Source of the DNA: Paracoccaceae bacterium | GTDB lineage: Bacteria; Pseudomonadota; Alphaproteobacteria; Rhodobacterales; Rhodobacteraceae | Direction of reading: 5' to 3' | DNA: 42,884 nt | Assembly: GCA_007117005.1 (NCBI GenBank) | Contig: SKHK01000138.1 | Span: 1-42,884, forward strand | Part shown: in pieces, positions 30,028-39,903 of the stretch | Layout: the number at the start of each line of letters is the position of its first letter | How positions within the stretch are numbered: position 1 is the first letter of the stretch | Translations under genes and position numbers: made by a program | Notes under the pieces: model-generated | Database searches by the model: none | The model's input: only the letters and a program-made list of their open reading frames with translations | What the model was told of the DNA's origin: nothing

Positions 30028-30434
30028 TCACCGGGCGTGCGCGCCTTTACCGGCGCGGCCGAAACAGCGAATCCACCGCCGCCTTCCGCCGCGCGCGGCA
30101 CGTGATCCGCGGTTCTGTAGCGGGTTGCATTCATCGGCATTCATGCGCCCCGCCATAACTATTTCCAGCCGCATGTCTTTTGCACAAAGCCGGAAACCAC
30201 TTTTGCGCAACATGCTTTGGCGGCAGGGCCGGGGCCTTTGGTACGAATCGCCCGCCTTTGCGCTCATCTTGCGGCTTTTTGTCCTGAAATCAGGGTAATC
30301 CGCTCCAGGCTTTGCCCGGTTTGGCCCCAATCTCGCCAAGATCACCTGTCACTTTTCCAAGATCGCCGCCCCTGTTCGGTGCGGCCGCATGGCAAGTGCC
30401 GGTCGCCCCGCGGCGCGCCGGAAGTGAGGAGATT

Positions 30435-31688
30435 ATGATGTCGAGCTCAGCCGCCAAGAAGGTTGCCGCAGCCCCGGTGCGCGCCTGCACCGTGTCTCGT
30501 GACGTGCAGAATTTCGATCTGCTGATCGAAGACATGGAGATGGAGCTGGGCGAGGCCTGGGGTGACCTGACCTTTGCCTTTGCGATGAAATACCTGGATC
30601 AGCCGGATGCGCGGGAACTGGAATTCCTGGCCATCGCCCTGGATGACGAGGATGCAGGCAACATGGCGCAGATCGAGGCGATCATCCAGCGGGCGCGGGG
30701 GCTGGATATCGAGGTGATCCTGATCGCCGAGGAACTGGGGCCGATCGTCCTGCACCGGCTGTTGCGGCTGGGTGCCAGCGATTTCGTGCCCTACCCGCTG
30801 CCGGAGGGCGCGCTGCATGACGCCATCGGACGTATGCGCCAGGCCAGCACAGCGGTGGCTGTGCCGCCGGGCGCGGCGGGCGGCCAGATGCAGTCAGCAA
30901 TGGGCGGCAAGAAGGGCAGTGTACTGGCGGTGCATCCCCTGGCCGGCGGCGCTGGTGCCACCACCTTTGCCGTCAACCTGGCGTGGGAGCTTGCCAATGC
31001 CGGCGGGGACGACGCGCCCTCTGTCTGCCTGCTGGACTTCGACCTGCAGACGGGCAGCGTCTCTACCTACCTGGACATGGCACGCACCGAACGGGTTTTC
31101 GAACTGCTGTCCAACACTGCCGTTATGGACCGGGATTTCTTTCTCAGCACCCTGCAGTGCCACAACGAGAAGCTGCATGTGCTCACCGCTGCCGCCGATA
31201 TGCTGCCGCTGGACATGATCACGCCCGATGACATCGAGCGCGTGCTCAACATGGCGCGCGCGAATTTCGATTTCGTGGTCGTCGATATGCCGGGCACCGT
31301 GGTTCAATGGACGGAAACCGTGCTGACCGCGGCCGACAGCTATTTCGCCATGATGGAGCTGGACATGCGCTCGGCCCAGAACGCGCTGAGCCTGATCCGC
31401 ACCCTGAAGGCCGAGGAATTGCCCATGGACGGGCTGCGCTATGTGCTGAACCGGGCGCCGAAATTCACCGATCTTGCCGGCAAGGCCCGCGCCAAGCGGA
31501 TGGCGGAAAGCCTGGACATCAGTTTCGAGGTGATGCTGCCCGATGGCACGGCGCAGGTGACCCAGGCGAATGACCACGGCATGCCCCTGGCCCAGATCGC
31601 GCCGAAAAACCCCCTGCTGAAAGAACTTCGCAAGCTTGCCCAGGCAATCGTCGAAGCCCGCAGGAACGCAGCGCGAATCGCTGCCTAA
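30435..31688 (+). CDS. cpaE: CpaE/TadZ pilus localisation ATPase-like protein
   Basis: GAGGAG RBS; receiver-like N-domain (LLRLGASDFVPYP) plus MinD-like domain with deviant P-loop GGAGATT, LLDFDLQTG, FDFVVVDMP. Confidence 0.9.
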   Translation: MMSSSAAKKVAAAPVRACTVSRDVQNFDLLIEDMEMELGEAWGDLTFAFAMKYLDQPDARELEFLAIALDDEDAGNMAQIEAIIQRARGLDIEVILIAEELGPIVLHRLLRLGASDFVPYPLPEGALHDAIGRMRQASTAVAVPPGAAGGQMQSAMGGKKGSVLAVHPLAGGAGATTFAVNLAWELANAGGDDAPSVCLLDFDLQTGSVSTYLDMARTERVFELLSNTAVMDRDFFLSTLQCHNEKLHVLTAAADMLPLDMITPDDIERVLNMARANFDFVVVDMPGTVVQWTETVLTAADSYFAMMELDMRSAQNALSLIRTLKAEELPMDGLRYVLNRAPKFTDLAGKARAKRMAESLDISFEVMLPDGTAQVTQANDHGMPLAQIAPKNPLLKELRKLAQAIVEARRNAARIAA

Positions 31689-31708
31689 CCTGACCGGAAG
31701 GATCGCCC

Positions 31709-33169
31709 ATGTTCTCGCGTTACAAGAAAGAACAACCCGTCGCCGCCGCGCCCATGTCGCGCGCCGTGCCGGCACAGCATCAGGCCCCGCCGCCGGTGCC
31801 GGACAAGGTTGGAGTGAAAAAAGTGCCCGCCCCGCGTCAGCCGGCCCCCGCCGCGCCCGTTCCGCAGGACAAGGACCGCCGCCGCCGCCAGCGCATCCTG
31901 GAGGTCAAGTCGGACCTGCATACCCGCCTGCTGGACAACCTGAACCTTGCCGCCATCGACGCCGCCAGCGAGGCCGAGTTGCGCGCCGAGATAGCGGCCA
32001 TCACCGCCGAGGCGCTGAGCGAGGCCAGTTTCGTGCTGACCAGCGAAGAGCGGATGACCCTGATCCAGGACCTCTATTTCGAGGTGCGCGGCCTGGGCCC
32101 GCTGGAGCCCCTGTTGAAGGATGAGACGGTCAACGACATTCTGGTCAACGGTCCGCACCGGGTGTTCGTGGAACGCGCGGGCAAGCTGGAACTGAGCGAT
32201 GTGACCTTCAAGGATGAGCGCCATCTGATGCGCATCATCGACAAGATCGTCTCTGCCGTGGGCCGGCGGGTGGACGAATCGAACCCTTATGTGGACGCGC
32301 GCCTGGCCGACGGGTCGCGTTTCAACGCCATGGTCCCGCCGGTGGCGGTTGACGGCAGCCTGGTGTCGATCCGGAAATTCAAGAAGGAAAAGCTGGGCAT
32401 CGACGATCTGGTGCGCTTTGGCGCCTTTTCCGAGGAAATGGCGCTGTATCTTGAGGCCGCGGTTGCCACGCGGCTGAACGTGATCGTCTCTGGCGGTACG
32501 GGCTCGGGCAAGACGACGACGCTGAACGCGCTGTCATCCTTCATCGATCCCACGGAACGCGTGCTGACCATCGAGGATACGGCCGAACTGCAGCTTCAGC
32601 AGCCCCATGTCGGCCGCATGGAAAGCCGCCCCGCCAATGTCGAAGGCAAGGGCGCGGTCACCCAGCGCGACTGTCTGAAGAATGCGCTTCGGATGCGCCC
32701 GGACCGCATCATCGTGGGCGAGACCCGCGGCGAGGAGGTCATCGACATGCTGCAGGCCATGAATACCGGCCATGACGGCTCGATGACCACGATCCACGCC
32801 AACAGCGCGCGCGACGGTGTCAGCCGCCTTGAGAACATGATCGCCATGGCCGGCATCGAGATGCCGCTGCGTGCCATGCGCAGCCAGATCGCCGGCGCCG
32901 TGCATCTGATCGTGCAGGCCAGCCGCCTGCAGGACGGCAGCCGCCGCATGGTGTCGATCACCGAGATCACGGGCATGGAGGGCGATGTGATCTCGATGCA
33001 GGAGATCTTCAAGTTTGAACGCACCGGGCTGGAGCCTGACGGTACCATCATTGGCCATTTCACCGGCTGCGGCATCCGCTCGGCCCATGCCGAACGGTTC
33101 CGGCGCTGGGGCTATGACCTGCCGAACAGCATCTATGACGTGATCCCCGCCGGAGGCGCCCGGTCATGA
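31709..33169 (+). CDS. cpaF: Tad pilus motor ATPase CpaF/TadA
   Basis: GGTGSGKTT Walker [41 protein letters not shown]. Confidence 0.96.
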   Translation: MFSRYKKEQPVAAAPMSRAVPAQHQAPPPVPDKVGVKKVPAPRQPAPAAPVPQDKDRRRRQRILEVKSDLHTRLLDNLNLAAIDAASEAELRAEIAAITAEALSEASFVLTSEERMTLIQDLYFEVRGLGPLEPLLKDETVNDILVNGPHRVFVERAGKLELSDVTFKDERHLMRIIDKIVSAVGRRVDESNPYVDARLADGSRFNAMVPPVAVDGSLVSIRKFKKEKLGIDDLVRFGAFSEEMALYLEAAVATRLNVIVSGGTGSGKTTTLNALSSFIDPTERVLTIEDTAELQLQQPHVGRMESRPANVEGKGAVTQRDCLKNALRMRPDRIIVGETRGEEVIDMLQAMNTGHDGSMTTIHANSARDGVSRLENMIAMAGIEMPLRAMRSQIAGAVHLIVQASRLQDGSRRMVSITEITGMEGDVISMQEIFKFERTGLEPDGTIIGHFTGCGIRSAHAERFRRWGYDLPNSIYDVIPAGGARS

Positions 33170-34134
33170 GCATCGACCCCACCCTGATCATCTACATCGC
33201 CATTTTCGCCGGCATCGTACTGCTGGTCGAGGGGGTCTATCTGCTGATCTTTGGCCGCTCGATCAGCCTGAACAGCCGCCTGAACAGGCGGATGGAAAAG
33301 CTGGAGAAAAGCGAAAACCGTGCCGAGGTGATCGAAACCCTGCGCAAGGAAATCTCGCGCCATCAGGGCACTGCCGGCATTCCCTTTTACTCGCTGTTGG
33401 CCGAAAAGGCGGTCAAGGGCAAGATCGCCTTTTCGCCGATCGCGCTGATCGGGCTGATGGGGGTGCTGGGCCTGGTGGCGTTCATGGTGCTGTCGGTGAT
33501 GACCGAGGCCGCACTGGTGCTGCGCGCCGGCCTGTCGGGCGCGATGGGCGTGGGCGCGATCTGGTTCTGGGTCTCGTCCAAGGCCAAGAAGCGCGTCGAT
33601 CTGCTGGAATCGCAATTGCCTGATGCCATCGATCTGATCGTGCGCGGCCTGCGCGTTGGCCATCCCTTTGTCCAGGCGCTGTCGGCCGCCGCGCGCGAGA
33701 TCCCGGACCCGCTGGGCACCGAACTGGGCCTTATCGCCGACGAGGCCGCCTATGGCCGCGACATGGGCGAGGCGCTGATGGCCTTTGCCCAGCGGCTGGA
33801 CATGCAGGACCTGCGGTTTCTGGCCGTGGCGGTGACCATCCAGCAGCAATCAGGCGGCAACCTGGCCGATATTCTGGACGGGTTGTCAAAGGTGGTGCGC
33901 GCGCGGTTCAAGCTGTTCCGCAAGGTCCGCGCGATTACCGCCGAGGCCAAATGGTCCGGCATGTTCCTGTCGGCTTTTCCAATCGGCGCGATGATCATGA
34001 TCTCGCTGATCAAGCCGGACTATTACGATGATGTAAAGGAAACCGCGCTGTTCATTCCGATGGCGCTGGTGGTTTTCGCGCTGCTCGGCATCAACGTGAT
34101 GTACATGCGCAAGATGGTCAACATCAAGGTTTAG
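33166..34134 (+). CDS. tadB: Tad inner-membrane platform protein TadB
   Basis: QLPDAIDLIVRGLRVGHP, QQQSGGNLADIL, RAITAEAKWS; ATGA overlap with cpaF. Confidence 0.92.
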   Translation: MSIDPTLIIYIAIFAGIVLLVEGVYLLIFGRSISLNSRLNRRMEKLEKSENRAEVIETLRKEISRHQGTAGIPFYSLLAEKAVKGKIAFSPIALIGLMGVLGLVAFMVLSVMTEAALVLRAGLSGAMGVGAIWFWVSSKAKKRVDLLESQLPDAIDLIVRGLRVGHPFVQALSAAAREIPDPLGTELGLIADEAAYGRDMGEALMAFAQRLDMQDLRFLAVAVTIQQQSGGNLADILDGLSKVVRARFKLFRKVRAITAEAKWSGMFLSAFPIGAMIMISLIKPDYYDDVKETALFIPMALVVFALLGINVMYMRKMVNIKV

Positions 34135-34149
34135 GGCAGGGGTGACGCA

Positions 34150-35130
34150 ATGATCCATACCATGATTAATGGTCTGACCTCGCCGCTGGGCATGATGGTC
34201 ATCGTCACGCTGCTTGGCGTGTTCATCGTCGGCTATGCCCTGGTCGGCGGCCGAGAGGCCGGGCCTGACCGGTTGGCGCGGCTGCATGATGAGGTGCGCA
34301 CCGGTCGCCCCGCTCCGCGCAGCACGCTGTCCCGGCGCGAGGAAGCGACCGAGCTGCAAAAACAGCTGGAAAAGTTCAAGGCCTTCCTGGAACCCGCCAG
34401 TGCCGAGGAAAAGGACGCCGCGCGGCTGGAAATGATCCAGGCCGGTTATCTGGGCCGCAACGCCGTGCGTGACTTTCACGCTGCAAAGTTCATCCTGGCG
34501 CTGGGCGGGCTGTTGTTGGGCCTTGTCTGGTCAGCCCTGCTGGGCGGTGGCGAGGATCGCTCGCTTCTGATGACGGCCCTGCCGATCATGGCGCCCACGC
34601 TGTTGGGTTACTACGTGCCGATCTACTGGGTCAACAAGCGTCGCGCCGAACGCCAGGAGCAGATCGCGGGCGGTTTTCCCGATGCGCTGGACATGCTGTT
34701 GATCTGCTCGGAGGCCGGTCAGTCCTTTGACCAGTCCATCGCGCGGGTCGCCAAGGAACTGCAGAACGGCTATCCCGCCCTGGCCGAGGAACTGGCGACC
34801 GTCAGCCACGAGATCCGCGCCGGCAAGGACAGGACGTCCGTGTTGAAGGATTTCGGCGAGCGCTGCGGCAATGCCGATATCCGGTCCTTCGCCACCGTGA
34901 TGATCCAGTCGGCCACCTATGGCACCTCGGTCGCCGATGCGCTGAAGGTCTATGCCGCGGAAATGCGCGACAAGCGCGTGATGCTGGCCGAGGAAAAGGC
35001 CAATGTGCTGCCGACCAAGTTGACACTGGGCACGATGATGTTCACCGTGCCGCCGCTGTTGATAATCCTGGTGGGCCCCTCGGTGCATGGTGTGATCGAA
35101 ATGCTTGGCTCTTCGAATTTCGGGCCTTGA
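34150..35130 (+). CDS. tadC: Tad inner-membrane platform protein TadC
   Basis: GFPDALDMLLICSEAGQSFDQS, QSATYGTSVADALK, AEEKANVLPTKLT. Confidence 0.92.
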   Translation: MIHTMINGLTSPLGMMVIVTLLGVFIVGYALVGGREAGPDRLARLHDEVRTGRPAPRSTLSRREEATELQKQLEKFKAFLEPASAEEKDAARLEMIQAGYLGRNAVRDFHAAKFILALGGLLLGLVWSALLGGGEDRSLLMTALPIMAPTLLGYYVPIYWVNKRRAERQEQIAGGFPDALDMLLICSEAGQSFDQSIARVAKELQNGYPALAEELATVSHEIRAGKDRTSVLKDFGERCGNADIRSFATVMIQSATYGTSVADALKVYAAEMRDKRVMLAEEKANVLPTKLTLGTMMFTVPPLLIILVGPSVHGVIEMLGSSNFGP

Positions 35131-35696
35131 TGGCCGGACGCGTTCTTCTTTGCATGGTGCTGGCTGTTGCCCTGGGCGCCTGTGACACCAGAGCGGATGA
35201 TCCGCTGGCCGCCCTGGGCCCTGACCGGCTGGGCGGCGCGCAGGTGGCCGAGGCCGTGGACGGGCTGGAGGTAGGCCATCGCCTGATGGCGGCGGGTGAA
35301 TTCGACCTGGCGCTCAGTGCCTATTACCGTGCTGCCGCACAGCAGGGGCCGACGGTCGATGTGCTGTCGGCCATCGGCTCGGCCAATCTGCGGCTTGGCC
35401 GTCTGGGCCAGGCCGAACAGATGCTGCGCCGCGCTGTCGAGCGCGATGCCGAATTCGTGCCGGCGCTGAACAATCTGGGCGTCGTGCTGGTGGAACAGCG
35501 CCAATGGGGACAGGCGCGCCACTACTTTCAGGCCGCCTTTGCCATCGATAGCGGCCGCTCTCCGGAAATTCGTGAAAACCTGCGACTTGCCCTCGCAAAT
35601 TTGCAGGATTCCGGTTATGATGACCCAAACAACGATAATAATTTCGCTCTGGTGCGGCGCGGAGACGGGCGCTTTCTGCTTCTGGCCACACCCTGA
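35130..35696 (+). CDS. TPR lipoprotein (TadD-like)
   Basis: Lipobox LGAC; TPR helices (LGRLGQAEQMLRRA, ALNNLGVVL); overlaps the tadC stop. Confidence 0.85.
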   Translation: MAGRVLLCMVLAVALGACDTRADDPLAALGPDRLGGAQVAEAVDGLEVGHRLMAAGEFDLALSAYYRAAAQQGPTVDVLSAIGSANLRLGRLGQAEQMLRRAVERDAEFVPALNNLGVVLVEQRQWGQARHYFQAAFAIDSGRSPEIRENLRLALANLQDSGYDDPNNDNNFALVRRGDGRFLLLATP

Positions 35697-35720
35697 GCAT
35701 CGAGCAGTGAAGGAAAGAGC

Positions 35721-36563
35721 ATGCGCTCATTGCATGGCGTGATCGCCTGTCTGTGCGCGTTCGGGGTGCTGGCGGGCTGCGGTGAATCGCGCCACGCCCA
35801 GACCGCGCGCGCCATCGACAGCGTTGCCGATGTCGATCTGGATAACATGGCCGAGATGATGCTGGCGGTTTCCGACCCGCGCGAAGCCGTGGGCTGGTTC
35901 CGTCAGGCCACCGAGCAGAACCCCGACCGGCTGAGCCTTCAGCGCGGGCTGGCGCGGTCACTGGCGCGGTCCGGCCGGGCGGAAGAGGCGATCCCCGTCT
36001 GGGAACGCGTCATCGCCCATGACGAGGCCACGAACGAGGACCGCGTGCAGCTTGCCGACGCCCACATCCGCGCCAGCAACTGGGACGAGGCGCGCGCCAC
36101 GCTGGATGCCATCCCCCCCACGCATGAAACCTATCAGCGCTACCGGCTGGAGGCCATGCTGGCGGATTCGCGCGAACAATGGGACCGCGCGGACCATTTC
36201 TACGAGGTCGCGGCCGGCCTGACGCCGCGCCCGGCGGGAGTGCTGAACAACTGGGGCTTCTCGCGCCTGACGCGGGGCGAACCGCGCGCCGCCGAACGCC
36301 TGTTCGCCGATGCCCTGCGCCATGACCCCACCATGTTCACCGCAAAGAACAACCTTGTCCTGGCCCGCGCCGCGCAGCGCCGCTACGAATTGCCGGTGAT
36401 GGAGATGACCCAGACCGAACGCGCGCAGCTTCTGCACACGATGGCGCTGGCCGCGATCCGGCAGAATGATGTCGCCGTCGGCCGCGCGCTGCTGGAAGAG
36501 GCCATCGCCACCCATCCGCAGCATTTCGAGCCCGCGGTGCTGGCACTGCGCGCGCTGGGCTAG
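35721..36563 (+). CDS. TPR lipoprotein (TadD/pilotin-like)
   Basis: Lipobox LAGC; several TPRs (VLNNWGFSRL, AKNNLVLARA). Confidence 0.85.
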   Translation: MRSLHGVIACLCAFGVLAGCGESRHAQTARAIDSVADVDLDNMAEMMLAVSDPREAVGWFRQATEQNPDRLSLQRGLARSLARSGRAEEAIPVWERVIAHDEATNEDRVQLADAHIRASNWDEARATLDAIPPTHETYQRYRLEAMLADSREQWDRADHFYEVAAGLTPRPAGVLNNWGFSRLTRGEPRAAERLFADALRHDPTMFTAKNNLVLARAAQRRYELPVMEMTQTERAQLLHTMALAAIRQNDVAVGRALLEEAIATHPQHFEPAVLALRALG

Positions 36564-36578
36564 GGGCGGAGGACGGCA

Positions 36579-37079
36579 ATGGTGATGTCGCAATCCGCCA
36601 CTTCCGCGCTGTGGCTGCTGGTCTTTGCCACCCCCGTTGCCCTGTGGGTGGTCTATAGTGACCTGAAATCCATGCGTATTCCCAACATGGCGGTGCTGGC
36701 ACTGCTGATCGTCTTTGCGGTGGTGGGGGTCCTTACCCTGCCGCTGGCCGATTGGGGCTGGTCATGGGTGCATTTCGCGGTGGTGCTGGTCATCGGCTTC
36801 GTCCTCAGCCTGACCGGCGGCTTCGGCGCCGGGGATGCCAAATTCGCCGCCGCGATGGCGCCTTTTGTGGCGCTGGGCGACCTGCGGCTTTTTCTGGCGC
36901 TCTTTGGCGCGGTGATCGTAAGTGCCTTCATCGCGCACAGGCTGGCCCGCCGCATCACCCCGCTGCGCCGGCTGGCGCCGCATTGGGAAAGCTGGGAACG
37001 GCGGGAATTTCCGATGGGGCTCGCGCTGGGACCCGCGTTAATCTTTTATCTGGCTTTGGCCAGCATGTATGGCAGTTGA
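36579..37079 (+). CDS. cpaA: Prepilin peptidase CpaA/TadV (peptidase A24)
   Basis: SDLKSMRIPN and GAGDAKF aspartate motifs, several TM segments, C-terminal FPMGLAL; GGAGG RBS. Confidence 0.9.
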   Translation: MVMSQSATSALWLLVFATPVALWVVYSDLKSMRIPNMAVLALLIVFAVVGVLTLPLADWGWSWVHFAVVLVIGFVLSLTGGFGAGDAKFAAAMAPFVALGDLRLFLALFGAVIVSAFIAHRLARRITPLRRLAPHWESWERREFPMGLALGPALIFYLALASMYGS

Positions 37080-37113
37080 CGGGCCCTGCCCGTTCTGATG
37101 CAGGAGCGTTGCC

Positions 37114-38433
37114 ATGAACGTGATGACGGATGCAAAGGGCGCCACCCCGCCGCCGGTGCCGGCAAAGCTGGAGGATAACAACCTGCCGCTGACGCTGATG
37201 CGCGATATCCTGATGAAGACCATTTATCGCCGCTCGCTCAGCACCACGTCGGAAATTTCCAAGGCGATCTGCCTGCCCTTTGCGCAGACCCAGACCCTGA
37301 TCGATGCCGCCCGGGGCGAGCATCTGCTGGAGGTGACCGGCACCCTGCATGCCAATTCCGAATCGAAGGAAATGGGCTTTCAACTGACCGAGGCCGGCAA
37401 GCGCCATGCACTCGCTGCCCTTTCGTTGTCCGAATATTACGGGCCGATGCCAGTGCCGCTGGATGATTACGCCCAGCAGGTCGGCCGCCAGTCGGTCCGC
37501 AACATCAAGCTGACGCGCGATGAACTGCAGCGCTCGATGGGCGATCTGATCCTGCCGCAGGGGGTGATGTCCACCCTGGGCCCCGCGGTGACCTCGGGCC
37601 GGTCGATTCTGCTGTACGGCCCGCCGGGCAACGGAAAGTCCTCCATCGCCAACGGTATTCGTGACGCGCTGGGCGATCACATCTATGTCCCTCATGCCGT
37701 GACCCATGCGGGCCAGGTCATCGCCGTCTTCGACCCGGTCGTGCATAACCGGGTGCCGGAACCGGCCGAGACCGGCAACCGCCTGCGGCTCAGCAGCCAA
37801 CGCCATGATCCCCGCTATGTGCTGTGCGAACGCCCCACGGTGATGACCGGGGGCGAGTTGACGCTGGACATGCTGGAGCTGAAATACAACGCTGCGGCGC
37901 GCACCTATCAGGCGCCCTTGCAGTTCAAGGCCACGGGCGGGGTCTTCATCGTCGATGACCTTGGCCGGCAGGAGGAGCCGCCGCAGGCGCTCATCAACCG
38001 CTGGATCGTGCCGATGGAGATGAATTACGATATCCTGTCGCTGCAATCGGGCGAAAAGTTCCTTGTCCCTTTCGACACGCTGGTGATCTTTTCCACCAAC
38101 TTCCACCCCAATGAGATATTCGATCAGGCCGCGCTGCGCCGCATCTTCTTCAAGATCAAGATCGACGGGCCGGACCAGGAGGATTTCCTGAAGATCTTCG
38201 CCCTTGTCGCGCGCAAGCGGCGGATTCCCCTGAACGAGGATGCGCTGATCCATCTGCTGGAAAACAAGTATCCGTCGATCGACAACATCTACGCCAATTA
38301 CCAGCCGGTATTCCTGATCGACCAGATGATCTCGATCTGCCAGTTCGAGGGCAAGCCCCTTCACATGACGCCCGCCCTGATCGATCGCGCCTGGGCGAAC
38401 ATGTTCGTCAGCGACGAGGTTATCGTAAAGTAA
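37114..38433 (+). CDS. Uncharacterised AAA+ ATPase with N-terminal winged-helix-like domain
   Basis: AGGAG RBS; Walker A GPPGNGKS, Walker B VFIVDD, sensor-1 FSTN, arginine finger ALRRI; N-terminal ...FQLTEAG wing-like motif. Confidence 0.85.
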   Translation: MNVMTDAKGATPPPVPAKLEDNNLPLTLMRDILMKTIYRRSLSTTSEISKAICLPFAQTQTLIDAARGEHLLEVTGTLHANSESKEMGFQLTEAGKRHALAALSLSEYYGPMPVPLDDYAQQVGRQSVRNIKLTRDELQRSMGDLILPQGVMSTLGPAVTSGRSILLYGPPGNGKSSIANGIRDALGDHIYVPHAVTHAGQVIAVFDPVVHNRVPEPAETGNRLRLSSQRHDPRYVLCERPTVMTGGELTLDMLELKYNAAARTYQAPLQFKATGGVFIVDDLGRQEEPPQALINRWIVPMEMNYDILSLQSGEKFLVPFDTLVIFSTNFHPNEIFDQAALRRIFFKIKIDGPDQEDFLKIFALVARKRRIPLNEDALIHLLENKYPSIDNIYANYQPVFLIDQMISICQFEGKPLHMTPALIDRAWANMFVSDEVIVK

Positions 38434-38508
38434 CGCCAGGTCCGGCTTGCCGGGCCGTGGCAGCCGGGGCTTGATGCGGGTATCGCAGCCGCCACACAGG
38501 AAAACGCC

Positions 38509-38937
38509 ATGCCCGACAGCCCCATTGCCCCGCGTCTGCAGGCCAGTTTCGACCGGCAGACGATGATGGCAACATTCGGGGCGACACTGGTTTCCGCCTC
38601 GGGTGGCCGCGCCGTGATCAGCGCGCCCCTGCTGCCGGGCGTGCGCCAGCAGCACGGGGCGGGGCATGCGGCGCTGGCCTTCGGCATCGGCGATACGGCG
38701 GCCGGCTATGCTGCGCTGTCGCTGATGCCAGAGGGGCGCGAGGTGATGACGGCGGAGATCAAGATCAACCTTCTGTCCCCCGCGCTGGGCGAACGGTTCG
38801 AGGCTGTGGGCGAAGTGGTCAAACCCGGCCGCCGCCTGAGCGTGGTGCGCGCCGAGGTGGTGGCGATCACCGGCACGCTGCGCAAGACCATCGCCATCCT
38901 GCAAGGCACCATGGTCCCGGTCGACCCGGCGCCGTGA
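38509..38937 (+). CDS. PaaI-family hotdog-fold thioesterase
   Basis: QQHGAGHAA...DTAAGYA, TAEIKINLLSPA, VKPGRRLSV. Confidence 0.88.
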   Translation: MPDSPIAPRLQASFDRQTMMATFGATLVSASGGRAVISAPLLPGVRQQHGAGHAALAFGIGDTAAGYAALSLMPEGREVMTAEIKINLLSPALGERFEAVGEVVKPGRRLSVVRAEVVAITGTLRKTIAILQGTMVPVDPAP

Positions 38938-38943
38938 TGCGCC

Positions 38944-39831
38944 TCAGGCCGTCAGCCCCTCTGGTTCCGCCAGGCCATGTGCGCGGCAGGTGGCGGTCAG
39001 CGTATTGGCCAGCAGGCAGGCAATCGTCATCGGCCCCACCCCGCCCGGCACCGGGGTAATCGCCCCGGCCACCGCCGCCGCGCTGTCGAAATCGACATCG
39101 CCCACCAGCCGCGTGCCGCCCTCATGCGCCACCCGGTTGATGCCCACATCGATCACCGTCGCGCCCGGCTTGATCCAGTCGCCCGGCACCATCTGCGGCC
39201 GGCCCACGGCGGCCACCAGAATATCCGCCCGGCGACAGACATCGGGCAGATCGCGCGTGCGGGAATGCGCGACCGTCACCGTGCAGCTGTCGCCCAGCAG
39301 CAGTTGCGCCATCGGCTTGCCCACGATGTTCGACCGCCCCAGCACCACCGCCTCCAGCCCCGAAAGCGAGCCCAGATGATCGCGCAGCATCATCAGGCAG
39401 CCCAGCGGCGTGCAGGGCACCATCGCCTTCTGGCCCGTGCCCAGCAGGCCCACATTCGAAATATGGAACCCGTCCACATCCTTGGCCGGGTCGATGGCGT
39501 TTATCACCAGATCGCTGTTCAGATGCCCCGGCAAGGGCAGTTGCACCAGAACCCCGTTCACTGCCGGGTCCGCGTTCAGCTGCGCGATCAGATCCAGCAG
39601 CGTGTCCTCGCCCGTGTCCGCCGGCAGGCGATGCTCGAAGGACTGCATCCCCACCTCGACCGTCAGCCGGCCCTTGGACCGCACATAGACCTGGCTTGCC
39701 GGGTCCTCGCCCACCAGCACCACCGCCAGCCCGGGCACGATCCCGTGCCCGGCCAGCGCCGCCACGCCCTCGGCCACCTGCGCCCGCACCCGCGCCGCAA
39801 AGGCCTTGCCGTCGATGATCGCCGCACTCAT
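38944..39831 (-). CDS. folD: Methylenetetrahydrofolate dehydrogenase/cyclohydrolase
   Basis: [57 protein letters not shown]. Confidence 0.97.
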   Translation of the reverse strand: MSAAIIDGKAFAARVRAQVAEGVAALAGHGIVPGLAVVLVGEDPASQVYVRSKGRLTVEVGMQSFEHRLPADTGEDTLLDLIAQLNADPAVNGVLVQLPLPGHLNSDLVINAIDPAKDVDGFHISNVGLLGTGQKAMVPCTPLGCLMMLRDHLGSLSGLEAVVLGRSNIVGKPMAQLLLGDSCTVTVAHSRTRDLPDVCRRADILVAAVGRPQMVPGDWIKPGATVIDVGINRVAHEGGTRLVGDVDFDSAAAVAGAITPVPGGVGPMTIACLLANTLTATCRAHGLAEPEGLTA

Positions 39832-39903
39832 GCCAGTCCCCTTTTGCCGCGCCACATTGCGGCGATACCTCATCAATCCGGCACAGGCCACCAGCCCCGA
39901 TGC

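Noticed and set aside
30028-30434. Small ORFs in the OmpA-cpaE gap as a possible Flp pilin
   Set aside because: None shows a prepilin cleavage motif followed by a hydrophobic helix; the region looks like promoter DNA.
30940-30970. CpaE P-loop lacking the Walker A lysine (GGAGATT) as a sign of pseudogenisation
   Set aside because: A deviant P-loop is normal for the CpaE/TadZ family, and the ORF is intact.
39845-39865. GCCGC-N8-GCGGC upstream of folD as a RegA/PrrA site
   Set aside because: Short GC palindromes are common by chance here, and the consensus match is partial.
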